This document shows, piece after piece, positions 19,046 to 29,450 of a stretch of 64,000 bases of DNA. The stretch spans positions 10,405-74,404 of the forward strand of contig JBBKXJ010000257.1 of assembly GCA_037969395.1 (NCBI GenBank). The letters are read 5' to 3'. Under the pieces are notes generated by a model. The model made no database searches and was not told the origin of the DNA. It saw nothing but the letters and a program-made list of their open reading frames with translations. The stretch's first letter is position 1, and every line of letters begins with the position of its first letter. The DNA comes from Pseudomonadales bacterium. GTDB lineage: Bacteria > Pseudomonadota > Gammaproteobacteria > Pseudomonadales > JAUIET01. The translations under genes and the position numbers were made by a program.

Positions 19046-19903
19046 ATGCGCTGGAAGTCAGTCCGCCGTAGCCAAAATGTAGAAGACCGGCGCGGCTCTC
19101 GTATATCGCGTAAGGCCAGTATTGGCGGTGGTGGACTCGGCATGCTGGTGTTAGCCCTGGTAGCCATGTACTTCGGCGTAGACCCCTCTGTTGTACTGCA
19201 AGGCGCGGGCAGCGGAACGGCGCCGCAGCAGAGCGAACAGCGCCAGCCACCACCGGCGGGGCAAGACGAATTGGTGGACTTCACCAAAGCAGTGCTGAGC
19301 ACTACCGAAGACACCTGGAACAGTATTTTTAAGCAGCAGCTGAAGCGCCAGTACAAGGAGCCGACTCTCGTGTTGTTCAGCGGCTCGGTCAGTTCGGCCT
19401 GCGGCAATGCGTCAGCGGCAATGGGGCCTTTCTACTGCCCCGGCGACCAGCAAGTATATGTTGATCTGAGCTTTTACAGCGATTTGAAAAATCGATTTGG
19501 CGCACCGGGCGATTTTGCCCAGGCGTATGTGATCGCTCATGAAGTGGGACACCATGTGCAAACTCTGTTGGGAATTTCCGGCCAAGTTATGCAGCAACGG
19601 CAAAAGGTTAACGAAACAGCAGGCAATGCGCTGTCGGTACGGCAGGAACTACAAGCCGACTGCTTCGCCGGCGTGTGGGCTAACCGGGTGGCGCGCACCG
19701 ACATTCTTGAAGAGAATGACCTGGAAGAGGGCTTGAACGCAGCCAGCGCTATCGGCGACGACCGCTTGCAAAAACAGAGCCGCGGTTATGTTACGCCTGA
19801 ATCTTTTACCCACGGCAGCTCGGCACAGCGTGTGAAATGGTTCAAAACCGGGCTGGAAACAGGAGATATGAACCAATGTGACACGTTTAGCTCTTCTGTT
19901 TAG
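19046..19903 (+). CDS. neutral zinc metallopeptidase, YpfJ family
   Basis: 285 aa. N-terminal RSQNVEDRRG, one TM helix, and HEVGHHVQ zinc motif. Confidence 0.85.
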   Translation: MRWKSVRRSQNVEDRRGSRISRKASIGGGGLGMLVLALVAMYFGVDPSVVLQGAGSGTAPQQSEQRQPPPAGQDELVDFTKAVLSTTEDTWNSIFKQQLKRQYKEPTLVLFSGSVSSACGNASAAMGPFYCPGDQQVYVDLSFYSDLKNRFGAPGDFAQAYVIAHEVGHHVQTLLGISGQVMQQRQKVNETAGNALSVRQELQADCFAGVWANRVARTDILEENDLEEGLNAASAIGDDRLQKQSRGYVTPESFTHGSSAQRVKWFKTGLETGDMNQCDTFSSSV

Positions 19904-19932
19904 CCGCCGTTTTCGGCCGTTTTTGTAGCAGA

Positions 19933-21024
19933 TTAATACGGTAATTTACGTCGTATCGTTTTAACCACCGGCATCTCCGGGTTATTGCCAGTCCTCCCCA
20001 CCGTAAATAACGTAGAGTGGCTGCGCTCTATTTTTTCGATATCAATGGGGTTATCGTTAAATTGCAGTACCACTTCACGCGAACGGCCTACCAGCACCTT
20101 GAACGGTGATTTGCCGCTCAGCTGCAGGCTACCGCCCGCTGCTCTGACTTCAGCGATCAGGCGCTGCTGGTCGGCGTCATAAACCTCAACCCAACAGTCT
20201 TTAGCAAACCTGAATGACAGTTCGTCGGCAGCCTGCACAGTATTCGTGTTTAGGTCGACGTCTGCATCGCCAGGGCTCTGATAGGTCGCCGCTATCTCGG
20301 TCAGCTCGCCAGCGTCAGTTATATAGGCAATCGGAGCAACAGTGCTGGTTAGTACCGGCACCGCATTCGCCGGGTCAGGCTGGACCGTGGCAACGGCCAG
20401 TACCGCATTATTGTCTCGAGCAACATCCTCGCCAGCAACAATTCCGCTGCCGACAGTAACCGGCGACTGACCCGCAACTTCAATTTTTGAATTCGTGGCG
20501 TTGTCATTGGTAGCTGTTTGCAAGCCGACCAACAGGCTATCGCGATATTCTGCCAACAGCGCACTAACCCGACTGGGCGTGGTAAATTGCAGCAGCACAA
20601 GCAGGCCCAATAGCAACGTCATGAGCATCAAAGCGCCGGTTAGCCAGCCGCCGAAAGATTGCAATTTAGTGGCGGGAATATCGGTACTTTGATCAACGCC
20701 ACGTTGCAGGCAGGTGCCCATTTGCCGATCATAGATGGCAACAATCGAGTCAGGGTTTAGCTGTACAAGATTGGCGTAATCGCGCAAATGTCGTCTCAGC
20801 AGATCATCGTTCGCGGCCGCTCTGTAGCGGTCTGCCTCTATTGCTCGCAGGTCGGTAACCATTAACTGTAGCTTTCGTGCCGCTTCTTTCTCGGTAATTT
20901 CCTGCGCTTCACGTGCATCGCGCAAGCGGCCACCAGCCGACTCTATAGAAGGCTGCGATACTGTCAGGCGGTTATTGACGCCGCTGATAGCGAATGGATT
21001 TCCGGTTGCACGTCGCTTCGACAT
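19933..21024 (-). CDS. RodZ-family protein (HTH domain, TM segment, DUF4115 C-terminal domain)
   Basis: N-terminal HTH (GGRLRDAREAQEITEKEAARKLQL...LRAIEAD), a central TM helix, and a C-terminal DUF4115-like beta domain (LSFRFAKDCWVEVYDADQQRL...). Confidence 0.7.
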   Translation of the reverse strand: MSKRRATGNPFAISGVNNRLTVSQPSIESAGGRLRDAREAQEITEKEAARKLQLMVTDLRAIEADRYRAAANDDLLRRHLRDYANLVQLNPDSIVAIYDRQMGTCLQRGVDQSTDIPATKLQSFGGWLTGALMLMTLLLGLLVLLQFTTPSRVSALLAEYRDSLLVGLQTATNDNATNSKIEVAGQSPVTVGSGIVAGEDVARDNNAVLAVATVQPDPANAVPVLTSTVAPIAYITDAGELTEIAATYQSPGDADVDLNTNTVQAADELSFRFAKDCWVEVYDADQQRLIAEVRAAGGSLQLSGKSPFKVLVGRSREVVLQFNDNPIDIEKIERSHSTLFTVGRTGNNPEMPVVKTIRRKLPY

Positions 21025-21170
21025 TAGCTTATTTCGCTGCAGATGCAGCGCAGAGTGTAAACCAGAAGAAAATCAGATTCATGGAAAATTACTGCAGTGG
21101 TTTGTCTAGCGTGCGATCGGCTATGTCCAGCGACCGAGCGATGCACATCGATCTGCTATCAGAAAGACGC

Positions 21171-21623
21171 TTAAAGGCGCGACAGCCGCGCCAGCAAACG
21201 GTCCAGCTGATTGGCAAAGGCCTGCCGGTCGCGCTGATCCAGAACTGCAGCGCCGGCGGTTTGTACACCGCTGCTGCGTAGATCATGCATAAAGTTGCGC
21301 TCGCTCAGGCGCTGCCCGATAGTCTCTTTTGAATACAGCTCGCCGCGCGGGTCGATGGCATGCGCGCCCTTAGCCACCACCTCGGCAGCCAGCGGAATAT
21401 CAGCAGTAACAACAATATCGCCAGCGTTCGCCAGTTCGACAATTTTGTTGTCGGCTACGTCGAAGCCAGCCGGCACCTGCATGGCGTGCAGATACTTTGA
21501 CTGTGGATGCTTGATATATTGGTTGGCAACCAGTGTGATGTGGACGTGCTCGCGAGTTGCGGCGCGAAATAGAATTTCCTTGATAACTTTCGGGCATGCA
21601 TCGGCGTCTACCCAAATTTGCAT
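21171..21623 (-). CDS. YaiI/YqxD family protein (UPF0178/DUF188)
   Basis: 150 aa, starting [22 protein letters not shown], the family hallmark. Confidence 0.88.
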   Translation of the reverse strand: MQIWVDADACPKVIKEILFRAATREHVHITLVANQYIKHPQSKYLHAMQVPAGFDVADNKIVELANAGDIVVTADIPLAAEVVAKGAHAIDPRGELYSKETIGQRLSERNFMHDLRSSGVQTAGAAVLDQRDRQAFANQLDRLLARLSRL

Positions 21624-21651
21624 GCTTTTTCCTCCATTTTTTTACTTACGC

Positions 21652-21909
21652 TTAATCCTCTTTCTTCAGTAGCTCTTGTCGTTCGCGTTCGTATTCCTCG
21701 TAACTTTTACTGGCTAGGCGTTCGCATTCTTCCTGCTGTGACACGGGCTTCTTTTGACAGTCCAATTGATTGTTGTTTTGTAGCGTTGCATAGACATCTC
21801 GATTACTACAAGCTGCCATACTAATGCCGACTACGCCGATAAGTACTACGTAGTATTTCACTATTTCAACCCTCATACTCGTGACCACTGAGACTAACCG
21901 ATCGCGCAT
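21652..21909 (-). CDS. small putative lipoprotein
   Basis: Hydrophobic N-terminus ending in the lipobox-like GISMAAC. The ATG at 21909 overlaps the upstream stop as TAATG, suggesting translational coupling. An alternative start is MRVEIV at 21876. Confidence 0.5.
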   Translation of the reverse strand: MRDRLVSVVTSMRVEIVKYYVVLIGVVGISMAACSNRDVYATLQNNNQLDCQKKPVSQQEECERLASKSYEEYERERQELLKKED

Positions 21910-23555
21910 TACTCGGCAAACGCCACTTCCGTCTCCAGGCTGCGTACTGCGAGCCGATGGAAGTGCATCAACTGCAGCAAAAACTGCTTTATTTCTCTCT
22001 CATCTATTTTGCACGCGACCAGGCTTTGTCGTACAGGCGTTCCAATGGTGGTAAATTCCAGCACATCATCGAGACTGGTCGGCGCGACGTAGGTGAGAAT
22101 TTCATCCACCAGGGCCAGGGTTTGTGTCGGCTGCACGTTGTGGGTAGCGGCATTCAGGTATTGGTCCGCCATATAGTTCATCCATGGGCCCGCCAGAAAC
22201 AACCTGACCGCTTCGGGTACCGGCTGCGGATGCTGGGTCAACTTGCTGCGGATGACATGACTAACGTGTTGCTTCCAGCCGTCAAGGTGCCTTAAGCCGC
22301 TGCGCTGCAGACGCAGGTTTTTTACTCGCCTGGCGACTTGCCGCTCATGTTGCCGCAGCGAAGCGCTAAATCGAAACGCGGCATCGGCAAAGGTTTCGCG
22401 GTTGGGTTGGTCTGCCTCTGTTATGCGCCGCACGACGGCCTTCATTTCCAGCACCAGCGCCGACTTCTGCAAGTCGTCGGCTTCTTCCTGATAAATTTTG
22501 CACGCCTTTGCCAGGCCATTCAGCAGATGCTTAGCCGGGTGTTGGTCGGCATCAGCAAAGCTTGAATCGTCCGACGCCAACTGCACGTAGGGCAAGTAAA
22601 GGTCACTGAACAGGTTGACCAGATGTTCGCTTAGCGAGCGCTTGTCGAGAAAGCCACTAAACAAGTAGTTCACATAGTCGACCGGTTGTGCCGTAGTGCT
22701 GGCAGCGGCTTCGTTGGCGACAGCGGGCGCTGCAGGATCAACTGATGGCACAGCTACGTCGCTGGCGAGTGGCAATGCTGCGGTAGTCGCCGCCTCCAGT
22801 TGCCGCTCAAGGTCCGGGTCAAGCTCAAATTCCGGTTCGGGTTCCGATGGCAACACTATTTCCGGTTCGACCTGATTAGCGCGTAACAAATTCGCCGCCG
22901 CACCGCTATCTTCGCCGTAGCCATCAGTTACGGCGAGAACATCTACCGTGGATTCATCGACGGCGGGCGCCAGGTTGGATTCGCCGCCAAGATACTGGTC
23001 AATATCCGCGTAGAGTACGCCCAGGTGGTGCAGGAATTCGGCATCAAAGACCTTTAAAGCGACCACGCGAGTATGCAGATTCCAGAACAAATTTTGTGCC
23101 GCAGTTTCCAGCGCCAGCGCAAAATGCACCGGTGCCAGCGGATTAGTGCCAAGCTCGATCGCGCAGCCGGTGATTAGCGCGAGGCGCTGGTTTATGCTGG
23201 TCAGCAACTCGGTAAAACGCTGTTCGGCGGCTGACAGCATGGCGGGTAGCGCAAGATCGCCCATCACGGCGTCATGCGTTGTTTCGGTAAACTCAAGTAG
23301 CGCGGCGTCGTAATCAAGCAAGTCTAGAAAATCGACGAATGTATGCTGAATCGAGCGCTTAAACGCTGCCAGAAACTCTGCGTGGGCTGTTTGCGGTAAG
23401 GGCGCAAGCGTCAGGGCGTTGACTTCCTCCGGCTGGCTTTGCTCGGGCGTGTTCATGCCTGTCAGCTGGTCGAGAAAAACACCAAGACGATCGTCGCAAA
23501 ACGCGTGCGTCATTTGTTGCAATTCCTGCAGCTGTATTTTTTTTTCTTGTTCCAT
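21909..23555 (-). CDS. DUF1631-like protein
   Basis: 548 aa. Segments resemble DUF1631 as I recall it (GTNPLAPVHFALALETAAQNL...KVFDAEFLHHLGVLYADIDQYL; FLAGPWMNYMADQYL). It has a central acidic Pro/Glu-rich linker. The family assignment is from memory only. Confidence 0.55.
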   Translation of the reverse strand: MEQEKKIQLQELQQMTHAFCDDRLGVFLDQLTGMNTPEQSQPEEVNALTLAPLPQTAHAEFLAAFKRSIQHTFVDFLDLLDYDAALLEFTETTHDAVMGDLALPAMLSAAEQRFTELLTSINQRLALITGCAIELGTNPLAPVHFALALETAAQNLFWNLHTRVVALKVFDAEFLHHLGVLYADIDQYLGGESNLAPAVDESTVDVLAVTDGYGEDSGAAANLLRANQVEPEIVLPSEPEPEFELDPDLERQLEAATTAALPLASDVAVPSVDPAAPAVANEAAASTTAQPVDYVNYLFSGFLDKRSLSEHLVNLFSDLYLPYVQLASDDSSFADADQHPAKHLLNGLAKACKIYQEEADDLQKSALVLEMKAVVRRITEADQPNRETFADAAFRFSASLRQHERQVARRVKNLRLQRSGLRHLDGWKQHVSHVIRSKLTQHPQPVPEAVRLFLAGPWMNYMADQYLNAATHNVQPTQTLALVDEILTYVAPTSLDDVLEFTTIGTPVRQSLVACKIDEREIKQFLLQLMHFHRLAVRSLETEVAFAE

Positions 23556-23792
23556 AGATCATTTCTTGTTGGCAGTGGTCGGCGACGCGGCAGGCAAATG
23601 TTGCGCTGGATCGTCTCACAAAAACCGCAAAGGCAAACTTACACAGCGCGAGCGCGGTGCACGAACAGCAATTTGCGCTGCGTTAACACGCCATCGATTG
23701 TACGTTATTTGACCGGCCATTATACCCAACCGGATGGTGTATGCTTGCCAGGCTTGCAGTTTTTGCTGCAACACATCAGCAGGGAAATATGC

Positions 23793-25130
23793 TTGGACGA
23801 CGATGCCGTGCTCTTCAAACCTGCTAGCGTCTGGACGCTGGCCTGGCCCAGCATTATCGCAAATTTATGTAATGCATTGGTCAACATCAGTCATATAAAA
23901 ATAATTGGCGCACTGGGTACCACGGCAGTGGCCGCCGTCACCACCAACCAGCGCTTTTTTTTCTTCTTGATGGCCGTATTAATGGGTTTGTCCGCCGCGA
24001 CGACGGCAACGGTGTCACGCTCATGGGGTGCCCGTCAGCCTGCTCTGGCAGCCAGCTATACCTGGAATGCGGTATGGATTGCGGTGGCGCTAACTGCCAT
24101 CATCAGCCTTGTTGTGTTCTTGTTTCCAGCGTTTTTTGTGGCACCGTTTCATCTGGAGGCCGAGGCGGCCGCCTATGCGGCGTTATTGATTCGCTGGATC
24201 AGTGTTTTCAATATGCTGTTCGCGGTTGGCATGATACTCACTACCGCGCTGCGTGCGACCGGCAACGTGATCAGCCCAATGATCTACACAGCGATACTTA
24301 CCGCCACCAACGGCACGCTGGTGTACGCGTTTACCTACGGCAAAGTGGGTCTGCCGTCATTGGGCATCCTCGGTATGCCGGCCGGCATTGGTGTGGCAAC
24401 GGTTATTGTCAATGGCGCGCTCATCTACCTGTGGCTTAGCGGGCGGCTGTCGCTGGCATCGGGCCATCGCACTGGTATGAACCGCGGTCAGGCACGCGAA
24501 CTGGCGGATATCGGTCTGCCGGCGGCGCTGGAGCAGGGGCTGGTGCAGGGTGGTTTTCTGATCTTTCTGGCGCTGGTTGCAGGTTTCGGCACCGCTCCCT
24601 ATGCAGCGTATGGCGTCGGCGTATCGCTGCTGACGGTATCGATTGTGGTCGGCTTTGGCTTTAGCATCGCCGGTGCGACGCTGGTTGGTCAGTATATCGG
24701 CGCTAAACAGCCGGACATGGCGTACAAAAGTGGCTGGCGTGCGACTGGCCTGGCGGTGGCGACCATGACCGGTATTGCCGTGCTCATCGCTTTTTGGGCA
24801 GAGCCGATCGCCCGTTTTTTGGTTGACGACGATGAGGTGGTAGCGCACACAGTGCTATTTATCTACATTCTGGCAGCGATACACCCGCTAATGGGCATTG
24901 AGCTGACGCTGGCCGGTGCATTGCGCGGCGCGGGCGATACCCGCTTTCCCTTGTTCAGCTCACTCTGCGGGCTGGTGTTTGGCCGCATCGGTTTGGCCTG
25001 GTTGTTTGTGTCGCTCGACCTGTCGGTGGTTTGGGTTTACTGCTCATTGGCAGGTGAGTACCTCATTAAGGCGAGCCTGATTACATGGCGGTATCAGTCG
25101 GGTGCCTGGTTGAAACGGCGAGTGCTGTGA
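23793..25130 (+). CDS. MATE family efflux transporter
   Basis: Polytopic 12-TM-like sequence (WTLAWPSIIANL...). The longest ORF (from 23439) would overlap the divergent DUF1631 gene. I prefer the TTG at 23793 (AGGGAAA RBS) or the GTG at 23808. The start is uncertain. Confidence 0.8.
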   Translation: MDDDAVLFKPASVWTLAWPSIIANLCNALVNISHIKIIGALGTTAVAAVTTNQRFFFFLMAVLMGLSAATTATVSRSWGARQPALAASYTWNAVWIAVALTAIISLVVFLFPAFFVAPFHLEAEAAAYAALLIRWISVFNMLFAVGMILTTALRATGNVISPMIYTAILTATNGTLVYAFTYGKVGLPSLGILGMPAGIGVATVIVNGALIYLWLSGRLSLASGHRTGMNRGQARELADIGLPAALEQGLVQGGFLIFLALVAGFGTAPYAAYGVGVSLLTVSIVVGFGFSIAGATLVGQYIGAKQPDMAYKSGWRATGLAVATMTGIAVLIAFWAEPIARFLVDDDEVVAHTVLFIYILAAIHPLMGIELTLAGALRGAGDTRFPLFSSLCGLVFGRIGLAWLFVSLDLSVVWVYCSLAGEYLIKASLITWRYQSGAWLKRRVL

Positions 25131-25160
25131 CGCGGCTAAGGGGGCACGAACGCGAACGCT

Positions 25161-25967
25161 TCAACTTTTGATATTGGCCTGCAGGGCCGGCATATGCGCG
25201 CGCTTCAGCTTGCGCATGCCACCCAGCCAACGATCGTAGTCGGCACTCTTGCGCTGAAAATAGCCGGCAACGTCCGGGTGGGGCAGCAACAGGAAAGTTT
25301 CCTCCGCCAATCCCTGCACGACGCAATCGGCAACTACGTCGGCGCCAATAATGCCATCGTCCCCTGCCGGTCCGCCGCCCTCAAGACCTGCGACCATTCG
25401 GGTTGCCACGGCTTGAGGGCACAGTACCGATACTTTGATGCCCTCGTCGCCATGCGTGATGGCCAGCGATTCGGCAAATCCAAGCGCGGCGTGTTTGGTG
25501 GTTGAGTACGCCGCAGAGCCAATCTGGCTAAGCAGACCGGCAGCAGAAACAGTGTTGAGAAAGTAGCCCTCACCGCGCGCGCGCATGGCGGGTAACGCGG
25601 CGCGGGCTGCGAACATATGCGCTAACACGTTTATTTCCCATATTTTTTGCCAGTGCGCATTGTCCAGTGAGGTTGCGCTCCAATCAGGTAGGTCGGGGTA
25701 AAATACGCCGGCATTGGAACACAGCAGGTCGATCTGTCCGAATTGCTCTTCAGTGGCGGCAACCATGCGTTGAATGTCTGTCTCTTTACTGACGTCAACC
25801 GCCATGGCAACGCCGTCAATCGCGGCAGCGACGGATGCGGCGTTGGTATATTCAACATCGGCTACCACTACCGCACGCGCCTGCTCTGCGGCGAAACGTT
25901 CGCACAGCGCCTTACCTATGCCGTTAGCACCACCGGTCACCAGCACGACTTTATCTTTCAATTGCAT
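25161..25967 (-). CDS. SDR family oxidoreductase
   Basis: 268 aa. VLVTGGANGIGKAL cofactor motif and YSTTKHA catalytic YxxxK. Confidence 0.88.
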   Translation of the reverse strand: MQLKDKVVLVTGGANGIGKALCERFAAEQARAVVVADVEYTNAASVAAAIDGVAMAVDVSKETDIQRMVAATEEQFGQIDLLCSNAGVFYPDLPDWSATSLDNAHWQKIWEINVLAHMFAARAALPAMRARGEGYFLNTVSAAGLLSQIGSAAYSTTKHAALGFAESLAITHGDEGIKVSVLCPQAVATRMVAGLEGGGPAGDDGIIGADVVADCVVQGLAEETFLLLPHPDVAGYFQRKSADYDRWLGGMRKLKRAHMPALQANIKS

Positions 25968-26166
25968 ATTAATCCCTCCAGGCTTGACGATCCTGAGCCA
26001 CCGCTATGATCGCAGTCGGGCATAGTCGCACCGCCACGTGCTTCATGCAATCGGTCAGGCAGAACCACAGGCGCCACGCTGAGTGCGCACAACTTTAAAA
26101 AACAGTTACCGAAGCTGCGGACGCCCAAGGGCACGTCTATTAATTGATTATGTTTATAGCGCCCAT

Positions 26167-26195
26167 AAAAAAGCCTCGACTAGCGAGGCTTTTTT
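26167..26195 (-). terminator. rho-independent (bidirectional-looking) terminator downstream of the PEP-CTERM gene
   Basis: aaaaaAGCCTCGactagCGAGGCTttttt: a 7-bp GC-rich stem flanked by an A-run and a T-run, 24 nt after the stop at 26219. Confidence 0.8.
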
Positions 26196-26218
26196 GGTTG
26201 CTGGGGCAGATTGGCGAG

Positions 26219-26659
26219 CTAGCGTTTGTGATTCAACCGGCGCCGTGCCAGGCCCAGACCAACCAGGCCCAAGCCGAGTAATGCCAAACTGCCAGGCTCT
26301 GGAACACTGGCCGGATCACCGTCAGCATAGCTATTCGCCCACAAGCTGGAACTCTCCAGTATAAAATCGCCGCGCAGCGACTCAACAGTCTTAGACAACA
26401 AGCCGGTCAAATTTAGCGAGGCCCAGCCAAACAGGGTCTCTTCGGTGGTAATGTCTGATGCGGTAAATGACGCACGATCGCCAATTAATTCTGGCTGGCT
26501 AACGTACACCCATTTGCGCTCGCGATCACCGTCGTCGCGGATAACGACCGACATTCCGTAGTTCCCGAAATCGATACTATCTTGCCAGGACATTGGGATT
26601 GCTAGCGCCGCAATCGGCGTCATTAAAAGGCATAGCGCGAACGCGCAAATTTTTTTCAT
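26219..26659 (-). CDS. PEP-CTERM sorting domain-containing secreted protein
   Basis: Signal peptide MKKICAFALCLLMTPIAALA. C-terminal VPEPGSLALLGLGLVGLGLARRR is the PEP-CTERM motif plus TM helix plus Arg cluster. GGAG RBS before the ATG at 26659. Confidence 0.88.
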   Translation of the reverse strand: MKKICAFALCLLMTPIAALAIPMSWQDSIDFGNYGMSVVIRDDGDRERKWVYVSQPELIGDRASFTASDITTEETLFGWASLNLTGLLSKTVESLRGDFILESSSLWANSYADGDPASVPEPGSLALLGLGLVGLGLARRRLNHKR

Positions 26660-27306
26660 GGTGTTGCTCCTTGGTTTGCAACCCGGCGGTACAGAGCACA
26701 ATTGCTACTGCTTTACCCCAGCCGCTCAATCTGGTTGTTTTTTATTTGATTAATTGTTTGAGATGCGGGACATCAGTTAGCAACCTGCACGCCAAGAATA
26801 ATTCTATATTACATTCAATCACTTAGATAGAAACTGCTCGTGAGTCGATGAAAAGTGTTAATTATTCCGTCTATTTATGCCGGATTATTTACTTTTTCCG
26901 TGCTAGAAGGATTGTGAGACAACTTTTAATGCTCCGTTGGTCTGAAAAGATGCGTGTCTATAACTCTTAAGTATTAGTAAGCCTTGAGTTTTCGGCCGAA
27001 CGGACTTGTCAAGTACCATAACTGCTGAGAAGGCGTTCCCAAAAGTTGTAAAAAAACCTGACAAATTACCGTTTTAGTTGAGAACTATTCTACATTCACC
27101 TTGGCAGACGTGGTCCGCTGCGGATCAGTGCGAAAATCACGCCCAGTGGTTATTGTTCGCAATGGCAATAAATCGCCGGCAAAGTTTGCCACTCCCGTCG
27201 GCTGCGCCAACTTAAGCTGTGATACTCTTCGCCGCTTGGGGCTGACTACTTTGATCTATCGGATCAAAGGTAACGCACGTTTTAGAATTCACGGTGGTAT
27301 CGTATT

Positions 27307-28872
27307 TTGTCCTGTTATTTTACCCAACGCATTAGCGAACTCGGCAGCGTCGAAAACCGGGCGACGTTGCGCACGCTGCAGCGCGGCATCGAAAGAGAAG
27401 GCCTGCGCGTGCAGCCGAATGGCGATATTGCGCTAACGCCACACCCGCAGGCACTTGGCGCTGCGCTCACTCATCCGCACATCACGACCGATTTCTCCGA
27501 AGCGCTATTGGAATTTATTACGCCGGTGTGCACCAGCGTCGACGAACTGCTGCGCTGGACCACAGAAATCCATCAGTTTGCATACCAGCATCTTGGCGAT
27601 GAGTTGCTGTGGGCCAGCAGCATGCCCTGCGTGCTGCCGAACGATGCCGATATTCCGGTCGCGCAATTTGGCACGTCAAATATCGCTACGATGAAAACGG
27701 TGTACCGTCTTGGCCTGGGCTATCGCTACGGTCGGGCCATGCAAACCATCGCCGGCATTCATTACAATATTTCGTTTACCGATCCGTTTTGGCAGCGTTA
27801 CCAAACCCTGCTAAAAGATGCTACTCCGCTGCAGGATTTTAAAACCAGTCAGTACCTGCATCTGATCCGAAATTTTCGTCGTTATTCATGGCTACTTATT
27901 TATTTGTTCGGCGCGTCACCGGCAGTGTGCAAATCTTTTTTGCGGGATCGTCCGCACGCGCTGCAGGCGTTTGATAAATCCAGCCTGTACGAGCCGAACG
28001 GTACATCGCTGCGGATGGGCGATTTGGGCTACCAAAGTAACGCCCAGGAAAGTCTTTATGTTTGTTATAACAGCCTGGAAGAGTATGCCCGCACACTGAG
28101 CAAGGCGTTGACAACGCCGCACGCTGACTATGCCGCGCTAGGTACGCATAAAGATGGCAAGCGCATTCAGCTGAACACCAACCTGTTACAAATCGAAAAT
28201 GAATTTTATAGCAGCATTCGACCCAAGCGCGTCACGCACTCGGGCGAGAAGCCACTGTCTGCCCTGCTGGACCGAGGGATAGAATACGTCGAGGTGCGCT
28301 GCCTGGACGCCAACCCCTACCTGCCGCTGGGTATTGATGAAGACGAGATTCGCTTCATCGATGCGTTTATGCTGTTTTGCCTGCTGGAAAACAGCGCACC
28401 GATTGACGTTAAAGAATACGAAGACATCATGGCCACCAGCAAAAATGTTGTTAACAACGGTCGCGCAGCGGATGCCCAGGTCAAGCTTGATGGTCTTTCC
28501 ATGCCGTTGAGCGAGGCGGCGCATAAATTGCTCGCCAACGTAAAGCAGTGCGCCACAGTTCTCGATGGCGCTAGTGATACCAACAAGTTTTCAAGCGCCT
28601 GGGCGCAACAACTTGGCAAGCTTAATAATCCTGATAGCTTGCCGTCAGCACGAATATTGCAGGATATGCGCGACCAGGAGCTGACGTACTACCGTTTCGC
28701 GATGCAGTTAACTCAAGCGCATAAACATGTTTTTGCCGAGCATGAACTGGATCCTGAGCGTACCGCCTATTTTGAGCAGCAAGCGCGCGCTTCAATCGCA
28801 GAACGTGAACGTATCGAACAGCATGACGAGATTTCGTTTGAAGATTTCATGGCGCATTACGACGCCCAATAG
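27307..28872 (+). CDS. gshA: glutamate--cysteine ligase
   Basis: 521 aa. The N-terminus (LQRGIEREGLRV) and overall length match GshA. TTG start, as in E. coli gshA. Confidence 0.93.
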   Translation: MSCYFTQRISELGSVENRATLRTLQRGIEREGLRVQPNGDIALTPHPQALGAALTHPHITTDFSEALLEFITPVCTSVDELLRWTTEIHQFAYQHLGDELLWASSMPCVLPNDADIPVAQFGTSNIATMKTVYRLGLGYRYGRAMQTIAGIHYNISFTDPFWQRYQTLLKDATPLQDFKTSQYLHLIRNFRRYSWLLIYLFGASPAVCKSFLRDRPHALQAFDKSSLYEPNGTSLRMGDLGYQSNAQESLYVCYNSLEEYARTLSKALTTPHADYAALGTHKDGKRIQLNTNLLQIENEFYSSIRPKRVTHSGEKPLSALLDRGIEYVEVRCLDANPYLPLGIDEDEIRFIDAFMLFCLLENSAPIDVKEYEDIMATSKNVVNNGRAADAQVKLDGLSMPLSEAAHKLLANVKQCATVLDGASDTNKFSSAWAQQLGKLNNPDSLPSARILQDMRDQELTYYRFAMQLTQAHKHVFAEHELDPERTAYFEQQARASIAERERIEQHDEISFEDFMAHYDAQ

Positions 28873-28877
28873 CGCGT

Positions 28878-29450
28878 ATGAACTATCTCGCTCACTTTCA
28901 TCTTGCGCAAGCGCAACCGGCCCTGGTCGCCGGTGCACTGCTGGGCGATTACATCAAAGGCCCGCTGCGAGGTGCTCTGCCAGCCGACGTTGAGCGGGGT
29001 GTTACGCTGCATCGCAAAATTGATGCGTTTACCGATGACTATGCGGTGACCCAGCGCCTGCATACTCTGTTTCCGACAGAATATCGCCGCTGTAGCGGCA
29101 TCATGCTGGATGTCTATTTCGACCACTTGCTGGCGCGCAATTGGCATACTTATGAGCAAGATTCTTTGGCGGATTTTTCCCGCCGCGTGCAGGCAAATCT
29201 GACTGCCTATGAAGCGCTACTCACACCTGATGCGGTGCGCTTTAAGCAACGGCTGGCACAGCACGATTTGCTGTCACGCTATGCGCATGCGGCTACTATC
29301 GACAGCACGCTGCAGTATATTGCCGGCAAGCTGCGAGCGCCGAATCCGCTGGCCAGCGCCATGCAACATCTCAGCGCTCGCGATGCGGAACTGGAAGCCA
29401 TATTTCTGGCTTTTTATCCTGCTTTGCAGCGCTTTAGCTCTGCACAATGA
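28878..29450 (+). CDS. acpH: acyl carrier protein phosphodiesterase
   Basis: 190 aa, starting MNYLAHFHLA, the AcpH hallmark. Confidence 0.88.
   Translation: MNYLAHFHLAQAQPALVAGALLGDYIKGPLRGALPADVERGVTLHRKIDAFTDDYAVTQRLHTLFPTEYRRCSGIMLDVYFDHLLARNWHTYEQDSLADFSRRVQANLTAYEALLTPDAVRFKQRLAQHDLLSRYAHAATIDSTLQYIAGKLRAPNPLASAMQHLSARDAELEAIFLAFYPALQRFSSAQ

Noticed and set aside
23439-23792. 118-codon N-terminal extension of the MATE transporter ORF.
   Set aside because: The extension overlaps the start of the divergent DUF1631-like gene and is Arg-rich and non-membrane. The transporter-like sequence begins near 23793.
27101-27436. 111-aa ORF overlapping the gshA start.
   Set aside because: It runs into the gshA frame region. 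It is Arg/Cys-rich, has no RBS and shows no family resemblance.
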